DNA of 64,000 bases from positions 800,001-864,000 of the forward strand of contig OY761159.2 of the NCBI GenBank assembly GCA_963664395.2. The letters run 5' to 3'. Below, one piece after another: positions 1-8,086 of this stretch (position 1 is the stretch's first letter; every line of letters starts with the position of its first letter). The DNA is from Candidatus Binatia bacterium. Its GTDB lineage: Bacteria > Desulfobacterota > Binatia > Bin18. The position numbers were made by a program, and so were the translations under genes. The notes beneath the pieces were generated by a model that was given only the letters and a program-made list of their open reading frames with translations, was not told the origin of the DNA and made no database searches.

Positions 1-419
1 AAATTGGAGATGAATTGCCCATGCCTAATAACCGTATCAATAAAGTGTTCATTCGTTGGGAATAAGTACTCAAGATTCTTCTTGATTTCTCCCGCCCCAC
101 CCCATCGAAGTCGCAATTTTTCTTTTTCTGAGGCCGGACGCCCGAAAGTACGCATCGCGTCTCGGGCACGCTCAAAGCTCCGTGTCGGGTTGGGTCTCTG
201 TAGCAGAGGAGAGGAGCCATCACAGTACTTCGCCCCACAAATTAATCGGCAGGCTGAGTCCTCAATAATTGCTTCAAATAGGGAGTAGAGACGAACAGCT
301 ATCATTTCAGCAACATACAGACGTGGAAGATCATCAACGGACTGGAGACCTGACACCAAGGTTAGCGCTGTTGCTGTGGTACGGTGAATTTGATCGGCCT
401 GCGGAAGCAATGTCGACAT
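1..419 (-). CDS. HEPN-like protein, 3' end runs off the window (not in ORF track)
   Basis: Manual translation from ATG 419, 2 nt after the DUF262 stop: MSTLLPQADQ...AEMIAVRLYSLFEAIIEDSACRLICGA...RHGQFISN, 139 open codons. Helical pattern resembles HEPN N-terminal helices; an RxxxxH motif is not visible in the window. Confidence 0.6.
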   Translation of the reverse strand, partial: MSTLLPQADQIHRTTATALTLVSGLQSVDDLPRLYVAEMIAVRLYSLFEAIIEDSACRLICGAKYCDGSSPLLQRPNPTRSFERARDAMRTFGRPASEKEKLRLRWGGAGEIKKNLEYLFPTNEHFIDTVIRHGQFISN

Positions 420-421
420 CG

Positions 422-1426
422 CTAGTTCAGAAACTTGCTAATATAGCGCCTACGTATTTTCCGATTGGCAATACGCTGCGTGCTTGCACGACATGCTTCG
501 TAGAATTCACTATCCGTTCTAGGGCGTTCATTCGGAGGCTTGTCAGAATTGAACCGCTCGTCAACCTCACGAAGCGCGTCTTCGAGTTTCCTTCCACTAA
601 CATGAGGATTCTCGTCAAGAACAAGCACCAAGGAGAAAAACACTGGACTCCTGGAGAAAATCGTTTCACGGATTGTTTCTGCCGATAGCGATGCGATACG
701 AGAAAGTACGGAATCAAGCCTCTTCTTGATGTCCGACGCTTCCTGAAAACTTTCTTCGTTATCGGCATAAATTTTATTAAGCCTTGAGCTTGAGAAGTCC
801 GATAATCCCTTCAGCATGTTCAAGACAATATCGGAGATAAATTCGATTTCTTGCATTCTGGCAATATCGTTTGCAGTGAATATCTTTAGATCTCTCCACA
901 ACGAGACACGGGAAGCAGCCTCACGGAGGCAGAACTGTTTAAATTCTCCACTGAAAGCCGCGTTACGCTTCTCTTGAGAGTTGAGTGTTTTCGCAACTGA
1001 ATTCAAGCGTCCGAAAACTTCGATCACATCCTCATCTGTTGCCCCCAGAAGCCAACCACCAGAAAGTTTTGTTTCGCGAAAACTTCGCTTCTGGGCTGAG
1101 GAAAGTTGATTGTATGTCACTTTTCTCCCGTAAACCGGGTGGAAGGCGGAAAAGCCCTCTTTGGCATATTCAAGGATTGCTCGGATTCGTTGCTGCCCAT
1201 CGACAACCTCTCTAAGACTCTTATCTTGCTCAAGATCGACGTTGTGGCGAAAGTAAAGCGTTGGTACAGGGTTTTGCTCGAACAGAGTGTTGAGAAGGTA
1301 TGATTTCTGTGGTTGAGTCCATACGGAGCGGCGCTGGTACCAGGGATTTAACTTGAGTTCTTGATGTTTTTCCCAGTTAATTAAGTCTTGGACGATAAGA
1401 GATTCATAGTCGACACGGTCCATCAT
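422..1426 (-). CDS. DUF262 (GmrSD/ParB-like) domain protein
   Basis: Motifs YQRRSVW, VVDGQQR, FGRLNS; lower GC than flanks. Confidence 0.88.
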   Translation of the reverse strand: MMDRVDYESLIVQDLINWEKHQELKLNPWYQRRSVWTQPQKSYLLNTLFEQNPVPTLYFRHNVDLEQDKSLREVVDGQQRIRAILEYAKEGFSAFHPVYGRKVTYNQLSSAQKRSFRETKLSGGWLLGATDEDVIEVFGRLNSVAKTLNSQEKRNAAFSGEFKQFCLREAASRVSLWRDLKIFTANDIARMQEIEFISDIVLNMLKGLSDFSSSRLNKIYADNEESFQEASDIKKRLDSVLSRIASLSAETIRETIFSRSPVFFSLVLVLDENPHVSGRKLEDALREVDERFNSDKPPNERPRTDSEFYEACRASTQRIANRKIRRRYISKFLN

Positions 1427-1581
1427 CTACTCCCTTCGACACTCACCAGCGAAGTTGGAGAGAAGTCGGTCTCTACTTTGCTTCAGTCAATTTACAGGTG
1501 GGGAAGCTCAATATCCTCGTGAGCCTTTAGATTCAAGTATAAAAACTTATTCCTCATCTCCACCTCTATTTTACGCCTGCC

Positions 1582-1680
1582 CTACACCTCTCCCCGCGGT
1601 ACCGGGACACCCGGAATCTTCACCCGCATCCTACCCATCTCACCAAACGTGGTGATAAACAAAGTCTTCCAGTCATCGCC
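1582..1680 (-). pseudogene. C-terminal relic of an SMP-30/gluconolactonase family gene
   Basis: Manual translation GDDWKTLFITTFGEMGRMRVKIPGVPVPRGEV* resembles the family C-terminus; no upstream part present. Confidence 0.55.
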
Positions 1681-1715
1681 CCGCCCAGCGGTGGGGGCGT
1701 CATAGCTCAGCCCTA

Positions 1716-2516
1716 TTACCGGCCGTTCGCAGCATGAAGCGCACTGCGGATTATCACCCCCTCACGGGTCAGGGCCTCTCGAAGTGTCTGCAGTATCTCC
1801 GGAGCCTGCATCAACTCGCCCGATATGGCAATGCTTTCTGCGTCAAGCGCGAGCTCTTTGCCACCCGTGGTCGTGACCTTCCCCTCGGTGACAACTCTCA
1901 TGACGAGTCGTACTGCTTCTTCCACACTGTCCTCGCCGTGCCCGTACGTCAGGTCTCCGTCGTCCTTGTATCCTAACCCTGGGTAGAACTCTTTGACGAC
2001 CCGCATCCCCAGTTGCTCGGCGACTTCCAGGACGGGATAGCGCGGAAGCGCTGGGAGGTAGGCCACGATGTCCGAGTTCACCGCTTGAAATCCCTCAAGC
2101 ATCGCTCGGGTATTCTCCTCGCTGAGCTGCGCCCACACGTAAAACGCACTATGTGGCTTGGCCGCCTCAAGCCGCAATCCTGCTGCTTCGGCAAAGGCTT
2201 TCAGCGCCCCGAGTTGATACACAACATAATCCTTGCCCTCTTGGGGAGTGATGTGCATGAGTCTCCGGCCGAAACCCAGCATGTCGGGAAAGCCCGGATG
2301 GCCCCCGACTGTCACACCGTACTTCTTGGCACTCTCGACAGAGCGACGGACCCAGCTGGGATCACCTGCGTGAAAGCCACACGCGATGTTGGCGTGACTA
2401 ATCCCTCGCATCACCTCCTCAGGCCGCCCCAGCACATAGTTACCAAAGGATTCACCCACATCGCTGTTGAGATCAATCCAAGTTCTGGTGGTTCTGGTGG
2501 TTCTCGTGGTTCTCAT
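1716..2516 (-). CDS. LamB/YcsF (PxpA-like 5-oxoprolinase subunit A) family protein, divergent
   Basis: IDLNSDVGE, ANIACGFHAGD, GHPGFPD..GFGRR; GAGGAGG RBS 7 nt before ATG 2516. Confidence 0.85.
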   Translation of the reverse strand: MRTTRTTRTTRTWIDLNSDVGESFGNYVLGRPEEVMRGISHANIACGFHAGDPSWVRRSVESAKKYGVTVGGHPGFPDMLGFGRRLMHITPQEGKDYVVYQLGALKAFAEAAGLRLEAAKPHSAFYVWAQLSEENTRAMLEGFQAVNSDIVAYLPALPRYPVLEVAEQLGMRVVKEFYPGLGYKDDGDLTYGHGEDSVEEAVRLVMRVVTEGKVTTTGGKELALDAESIAISGELMQAPEILQTLREALTREGVIIRSALHAANGR

Positions 2517-2517
2517 G
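2482..2517. repeat. 4 x 9-bp tandem repeat encoding RTT repeats at the PxpA-like N-terminus
   Basis: gttctggtg gttctggtg gttctcgtg gttctcatg. Confidence 0.9.
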
Positions 2518-2602
2518 CTCAAACCTCCTCACCCGTCTGAGAAAAATCGGACGTTCCGTTTTGTCACGCCTGCCCACACTCGCTACGCCGCCCGGCCAGA
2601 AG

Positions 2603-3004
2603 TCACTCGAACTCCGAAGCTCCGGTTGCGGGTGGATATTCGTTCCACCACTCCCGGAATACGCGACACTGGCCACTCTCGGTCAGGGTGATCAAAAAGA
2701 TCCCTTCCATTTTGACGGCTTGGCCCGTCTGCACGGATTCCATCGATGCCCACCAGCGCGCGAGGTAGCGCCCGTCTTCGGTCATCGCCAGGGGTTCATA
2801 ACCGAACGTAATCCCGGCCTGGTTCCCCTGGGTAGCCGTCTCCCAGGCGCGTCGGATCGCCGGCTGACCTGTGATCGGCTCGGCAAACGGACCCCAGACG
2901 TAGGTCCCGTCCTCGGTGAAGAGTGCTGCCGCGGCGGACGGGTCCTGGTTCTCCCAGGCCCTGCCGTAGGCATCCAGCCAGACGTTGAGCGCCTCGAAAC
3001 CCAT
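2603..3004 (-). CDS. SnoaL/NTF2-like family protein
   Basis: WLDAYGRAWE..D....LFTEDGTY, G..AIRRAW, FREWW; ATG 3004. Confidence 0.8.
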   Translation of the reverse strand: MGFEALNVWLDAYGRAWENQDPSAAAALFTEDGTYVWGPFAEPITGQPAIRRAWETATQGNQAGITFGYEPLAMTEDGRYLARWWASMESVQTGQAVKMEGIFLITLTESGQCRVFREWWNEYPPATGASEFE

Positions 3005-3185
3005 AGGAAGCTCCTTTCCTCGTTTTGTACGGTTGAAGCCCATACATAGCGCCCAACGGCGGATTGTCCAGAGGCGGCACTGCCTGTTCGTCTGCGTGGC
3101 TTGACAGCGGCATGATAAGCATTCCACAGTTGGGGCTACGCCCTGCGGGGCGTGTATTCGGAGCAGAGAGTGGGGAGGGCTGGCC

Positions 3186-3998
3186 ATGCGAGATTTCGCA
3201 ACCCTGGGCAAACGCAAAGCCGTGTTGGGCATGATTCACCTGCAACCGCTGCCCGGCACCGTGTTTTACGCGGACGGCAGTTTCAACCAAACCCTTGAGA
3301 CGGCGGTCGAGTCGGCCCGGGCGCTCCACCACGGCGGGGCGGACGGGTGTCTGGTGCAGACCGTCGATCGTATTTATAGCGTAAAAGACGAATCCGACCC
3401 GGCGCGTACGGCCGCCATGGGCCTCATTGTGCATGCCATTGTCCAGGCCACAGGCGCAGACTTCCAGGTCGGGGTGCAGTTGATGCGGAATGCGCTCAAA
3501 GCCTCGTTGGCAGTGGCAAAGGTGGCAGGGGGAAGTTTTATTCGGGCCGGCGCGCTGGTGGGCACGACGCTGACCGCGCACGGCATGGTCGAAGCGAATC
3601 CGCTCGACGTGATGGAATATCGCAAAAAGATCAACGCCTGGGATGTCAAAGTCATTGCCGAAGTCGACTCCATGCAATTCAAGTGGTTTGGCGAGCCTAA
3701 GCCGACCGCAGAGATCGCCCGGGGCGCAAAATATGTTGGGGCGGACGCGGTGTCGTTGGGCGCACCCGACGAAAACAGAACGCTGGAGATGATCGCCTCG
3801 GTACGGAAAGCCGTGCCGGGCCTGCCCATCATTTTGGCGGGCTACACCAACCACGATAACGCGGCACGGTTGCTGGCCGCAGCGGACGGAGCGTTTGTCG
3901 GCACCTGTCTGGAACGCGGCGGCTGGGGCGGGCAGATTGATGTCGAGCGGGTGAAGACCTATGTCGACATCGTGCGGGGACTGGAAGGAAAGGGATAG
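3186..3998 (+). CDS. BtpA/SgcQ family TIM-barrel protein
   Basis: GMIHLQPLPG, GGADG, FIRA, ADGAFVGT motifs. Confidence 0.85.
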   Translation: MRDFATLGKRKAVLGMIHLQPLPGTVFYADGSFNQTLETAVESARALHHGGADGCLVQTVDRIYSVKDESDPARTAAMGLIVHAIVQATGADFQVGVQLMRNALKASLAVAKVAGGSFIRAGALVGTTLTAHGMVEANPLDVMEYRKKINAWDVKVIAEVDSMQFKWFGEPKPTAEIARGAKYVGADAVSLGAPDENRTLEMIASVRKAVPGLPIILAGYTNHDNAARLLAAADGAFVGTCLERGGWGGQIDVERVKTYVDIVRGLEGKG

Positions 3999-4002
3999 AA
4001 CC

Positions 4003-5142
4003 ATGGAGCCACTCAAACCGGAGGTGATGTTCGGGCAGGTCGCAGGCTTAGCAGACGATTTACGCCAGTTGACCCGCCCGTTTGAGCAGCAAGTGCGGGC
4101 GGTTCTCACGCCATCGGAATGGCAGGCGGTGAAAAAAGTCTACCTCACCGGAGACGGGGATTCCTACCATGCCTCATGTGCCGCTGAGATGGCCTTTCAG
4201 GTCATTGCCGACGTGGCCTGCGAACCGCTGAGCGCGCAGCGTTTTCTGGATTATGGGGCGGCCTGGATGCGCCCCGCTGCGCCGCCGCACACCCTGGTGA
4301 TTGCAACCTCGGCCTCAGGCGGTACCGAGCGCGTCGTGCAGGCGATTGAACGTGCCAAAGAGTACGGCGCACTCACCGTGGCCTTAACCGGAACACCCAA
4401 CAGTGCAGTCACCCAAGTGGCGGACCGGAGCGTCGTGGTCGAACTGCCCCATAAAGAACGCTCTCCAGGGATTCGCACCTACCAGGCCAGCCTGGTGGGC
4501 ATGCTGTTAGTTGCGATACAGTTGGCTGAACGGCAAGGCAGGTACGCGCAAGAAGAAACAGACCGTCTGCGCCAAGAGCTCATTGCGCTCGCCGATGTCG
4601 TGGACGCGACCACGAACGCGATTCAGGCAGGCTGTCGAGAGGTGGCGGACCTGATTGCCGCCAGCCCCATTGTGGTCATGCTGGGCAGTGGGCCGAGTTA
4701 TGGCACCGCCCTCTACAGCGCGGCAAAGCTGGTCGAAGCCGCGGGTGTTTTTACGCTGGGGCAGGACTTGGAAGAGTGGTGGCATGTTGAACGATTTGCC
4801 TACCCGCTGGACATGCCGGTTTTTGTGATCGCCCCGCCGGGTCGCTCGCACTGGCGGGCGCAGAGCGTGGCAGCAACGGCGCACGGCTTGGGCCGCCGGG
4901 TCATTGCCGTGACGCACACAGACGATACCGAGGTCACCCGCCATGCTCACATGGTGTTACCCGTCCAGGGCGAGGTGCGCGAGGAGTTTTCGCCTCTGCT
5001 CTACCCTCTCTTTGCCGGCTATGTGGCGGCCCATGTCGCCGAGCGTTTAGGCCGCTGTCCCTTCCAAAGCGACCGGCCCGAATTACTCCGGTCGGTAAAC
5101 GAATACTTCGCCAGCCAGCGACAGGATGCGGGGAGGGATTAG
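4003..5142 (+). CDS. Double SIS-domain sugar-phosphate isomerase/deglycase (GlmS C-terminal/FrlB-like)
   Basis: LTGDGDSY, ATSASGGT, LGSGPSYG; no glutaminase domain; 4 nt after btpA-like stop. Confidence 0.8.
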   Translation: MEPLKPEVMFGQVAGLADDLRQLTRPFEQQVRAVLTPSEWQAVKKVYLTGDGDSYHASCAAEMAFQVIADVACEPLSAQRFLDYGAAWMRPAAPPHTLVIATSASGGTERVVQAIERAKEYGALTVALTGTPNSAVTQVADRSVVVELPHKERSPGIRTYQASLVGMLLVAIQLAERQGRYAQEETDRLRQELIALADVVDATTNAIQAGCREVADLIAASPIVVMLGSGPSYGTALYSAAKLVEAAGVFTLGQDLEEWWHVERFAYPLDMPVFVIAPPGRSHWRAQSVAATAHGLGRRVIAVTHTDDTEVTRHAHMVLPVQGEVREEFSPLLYPLFAGYVAAHVAERLGRCPFQSDRPELLRSVNEYFASQRQDAGRD

Positions 5143-5150
5143 ACGAATCT

Positions 5151-5412
5151 TTAGCTACTCTTATAGACGTGACGGCGATGACCTATTTTGACGACCGTGA
5201 TGATGAGCTCGGTGTCCCTGATTTCATAAATGATGCGGTACACCTTGGCGAACTCGGAATCTTTCCTGGCCTGATAGTTTCTCGCACCCCTCGGGTCGAG
5301 GGTTCCCGGCCAGTGCTTCAATGCGCTTGAGAATGCGGGCAACATCCCGCTTTGGGATTGAACGTAAATCCTTGGCAACAGACTTCCTGAAAATCAGCCT
5401 ATAGTTTGCCAT
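5151..5412 (-). pseudogene. RelE/ParE family toxin, frameshifted
   Basis: MANYRLIFRKSVAKDL...FRVRQG in one frame, YRIIYEIRDTELIITVVKIGHRRHVY in another; break near 5241-5244. Confidence 0.85.
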
Positions 5413-5632
5413 GCGCCTGTAAGTCGTTCAGGAGTTCTTCGTAGCTCAGGGTGGGCTCGGTTGCGCGCTGCTGGAACGCAGCCAGGTCTTCTTGATCTTC
5501 CGCAAGTGCTGCGCGAACCGCCTCATTGACAATGGCGGATACCGAACATTGCGAGTGGGCCGCCTTGAGTCGTAACGCTGCATGAAGCTGAGGATCAAAA
5601 TAGATCGTAGAACGTTTGGATGCTTCACCCAT
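5399..5632 (-). CDS. Ribbon-helix-helix (CopG-like) antitoxin
   Basis: KRSTIYFDPQLHAALRLKAA..SVSAIVNEAVR; acidic C-terminus; overlaps toxin start. Confidence 0.8.
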   Translation of the reverse strand: MGEASKRSTIYFDPQLHAALRLKAAHSQCSVSAIVNEAVRAALAEDQEDLAAFQQRATEPTLSYEELLNDLQAHGKL

Positions 5633-5650
5633 GACACAAAACCTCCTTGT

Positions 5651-5691
5651 GTGACGGTAGCGTCACAGCGTCACGGCGTCACGGCATCACG
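5651..5691. promoter_or_regulatory. Probable antitoxin operator: GTGACG-4-CGTCAC palindrome plus four 8-bp GC(G/A)TCAC direct repeats
   Basis: gtgacg gta gcgtcaca gcgtcacg gcgtcacg gcatcacg just upstream of the antitoxin RBS. Confidence 0.6.
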
Positions 5692-5756
5692 GCAGCTGTG
5701 GCGTTGGAGTATAAATCCGCAGGACAGGTCAGCGGAGCGTTATCGGGTCTGCATCT

Positions 5757-6959
5757 TCACTCCGCCGCACTCGCAGCGGCCAGACTCGACAGGGCCACCC
5801 GCCGGCGGGCTTCACGGATGTCGTGCCGGTCGAACCCGTTGGTCAGAAAGCCGAGCGAGATACCCGTGGCCGGATCGGCCCAGCCGCTCTGGCCGCCAAA
5901 GCCCGGATGGCCGAACGACTCCGCGGAATTGGTGCGCCCGAAGCCGCGCATATTGGCCTTGCCGTCTCCGCCGGCAACAGCAATCCCCAAGGCCCGATTG
6001 GCCCGGTGGCCGAGAAAGGGATCGCGCAGCTCTCCGGTGCGAATACGCCGCGCCTCTTGCAGCATGTCGGGCTGCCAGACCGGCGTCCCGTCGTGGGCGC
6101 GGCCGTCGTTCAGCAGGGCTTGATAGAACAACGCGATATCACCAGCCGTGGTAATGCAGCCGGCCGACGGCGAGCCGGCTTCTCGGGTGACCGTTTCGTT
6201 CAGCTCCAAGACTCCGTCTTCATTGATGGCGTTGGTCGTGGCGTTAAAGCCTTTGACCCCCATTTTTTCGTACTCTGCGGCGGTCGGGGCGGCGCCCACC
6301 CACTCCACATCGGCGACATCGGCGTTCCCGGCAGGCGGCAGCCCGAAGCGCAAATCGGGCAGCCCCAGCGGCTCGGCAATCCGCGTCCGCACAAAATCGC
6401 TCAGGCGCTGACCGCTGAGGTGTTCGACAATAGCGGCGACCGGCCAGAAATTCGCCGACACATGATAGACAAACTTCTCGCCTGGCGTATGGTCTGGCTT
6501 CCACTGGGCAAAGCGGTTTAAGCGCTTGTCGTGATCGGCCCATTCTTTTTGCCAGTGCGGGGCATAGGGGATAGCCGACGTGTGAATGAGCAACTGCTCA
6601 ACCGTCACCACGTCTTTGCCGTTCGTCCCAAACTCGGGGATATACTCGACCACACGATCTTCGGGGCGGAGTTGGCCCTCTTGCATCAGAATCCAGGCCG
6701 CGGCTGAGGTGAACGCCTTGGTCGAAGACATAATGACAAACCGGGTGTCATCCGTCGCCGGTTTTTCCGTCCCGCCCTGGACCGCCTTGCCAAAGGTCTG
6801 CATGGCACCGATTTTTCCATTGCGTGCAATCGCAATCTGGCTGGCCGGCAGCAGGCCGGATTTGACCTCTCGCTCGGCCCGCTCAAACAGGGCCTGGACT
6901 TTTTCCGGGTCGAGACCGACCTCTTCAAGATTCTGGGCAAAAAAATGTGCGGCTGGCAT
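5757..6959 (-). CDS. Serine hydrolase, beta-lactamase class C/esterase family
   Basis: SSTK (SxxK), LLIHTSA, PGEKFVYH, FGHPGFGG. Confidence 0.85.
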   Translation of the reverse strand: MPAAHFFAQNLEEVGLDPEKVQALFERAEREVKSGLLPASQIAIARNGKIGAMQTFGKAVQGGTEKPATDDTRFVIMSSTKAFTSAAAWILMQEGQLRPEDRVVEYIPEFGTNGKDVVTVEQLLIHTSAIPYAPHWQKEWADHDKRLNRFAQWKPDHTPGEKFVYHVSANFWPVAAIVEHLSGQRLSDFVRTRIAEPLGLPDLRFGLPPAGNADVADVEWVGAAPTAAEYEKMGVKGFNATTNAINEDGVLELNETVTREAGSPSAGCITTAGDIALFYQALLNDGRAHDGTPVWQPDMLQEARRIRTGELRDPFLGHRANRALGIAVAGGDGKANMRGFGRTNSAESFGHPGFGGQSGWADPATGISLGFLTNGFDRHDIREARRRVALSSLAAASAAE

Positions 6960-7117
6960 ACGGCTTCCCCTCCTGATTCTCGATTTGCGGCTCCCTCTCT
7001 TGAATTCCCCTCCACTCCTTGCCACTTTATGGGGTTCGGATCAAGGTAAATGAAAGTGTATCCACCCTCGGTCCGATTCTCGCCCGCCAACGGGCGAGGA
7101 AGAAAATAAGGAAACCC

Positions 7118-8062
7118 ATGCCCTCGGGACTCATTCTGCATCATTACGATTTCTCCAATTACTCTGAAAAAGTCCGGCTCGTCCTGGGTCTCAAGGGCCT
7201 GACTTGGCGCTCGGTCGAGATTCCCCCTACCCTGCCCAAGCCCGACTATATCCCCCTCACAGGCGGATACCGCCGTGCGCCGGCCCTCCAGATTGGCGCC
7301 GACGTTTTTTGTGATACCGCGCGGATTATCGAAGAACTTGAACGTCGTTTTCCAGAACCCACTATTTATCCAGGACCGGATTCGGTCGCCCAACGGGCAT
7401 TCACTGCCGGCCTGGAGCGCTGGACGGACGCGACCCTGACACGCAATACGATCAATTACATTTCCTGCGAGCATTCCGACGCCGATCGTTTCACACCGGA
7501 ATTTCTGGCCGACCGCGCCGCTTTACTCGGCAAACCCGAACCGGGGCTCGCCCACCGGAAGGCCGCGGCAATCAAAAACCTCACCCAGTTGCGTCCGCAG
7601 TTGAGCTGGATCAGCGACATCCTGCACGACGGACGGACGTATATCTATGGCGAAGCACCATCCCTGGCCGACTGCGTGATCTACCATCCGCTGTGGGTCA
7701 TGGATCAGCTTGCCGGCGAGCGCGCGGCCGTTATTCCAGCCGTCATCCGTCAATGGATGGAGCGCGTGGCCGCGCACGGCCATGGCAATCCGACCTCGAT
7801 GACCGCGCACCAAGCGCTCGATATCGCGGCTACCAGCGACCCGTTGCCGCCCCTCCCAAGTCAGACGCTGGACGGAGACCCGGCTCTTGGCGATACCGTC
7901 TCCATTACGCCCACTGACTATGGCCGGGCTAATCCCAGCGTCGGCACGCTCGTTTTCATCGACGCCCAGCGCCTGGCGCTTCAGCACCGAAACGAGCGCA
8001 CCGGACGCGTCACGGTGCATTTCCCCCGCTTTGGTTATAGCGTCCGTACTCTTGACGGTTAG
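7118..8062 (+). CDS. Glutathione S-transferase family protein
   Basis: LHHYDFSNYSEKVR, LTGGYRRAPALQIGAD..CDT, SLAD, VHFPRFGY. Confidence 0.88.
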   Translation: MPSGLILHHYDFSNYSEKVRLVLGLKGLTWRSVEIPPTLPKPDYIPLTGGYRRAPALQIGADVFCDTARIIEELERRFPEPTIYPGPDSVAQRAFTAGLERWTDATLTRNTINYISCEHSDADRFTPEFLADRAALLGKPEPGLAHRKAAAIKNLTQLRPQLSWISDILHDGRTYIYGEAPSLADCVIYHPLWVMDQLAGERAAVIPAVIRQWMERVAAHGHGNPTSMTAHQALDIAATSDPLPPLPSQTLDGDPALGDTVSITPTDYGRANPSVGTLVFIDAQRLALQHRNERTGRVTVHFPRFGYSVRTLDG

Positions 8063-8086
8063 AAGACGCGTGGAGGCATCCGGATC

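Noticed and set aside
1693-1712. GGGGGCGTCATAGCTCAG resembles a tRNA 5' end
   Set aside because: No anticodon arm, TTCGA T-loop or acceptor stem follows
2796-4109. 437-aa minus-strand ORF, and similar long ORFs such as 9149-10141, 15150-15974, 19780-20598, 23078-23806 and 38059-38799
   Set aside because: Antisense shadows of well-supported genes in GC-rich DNA, with no recognisable motifs
5651-5700. Repeat array as a possible CRISPR
   Set aside because: 8-bp units without spacers; no cas genes or repeat-spacer array anywhere in the window
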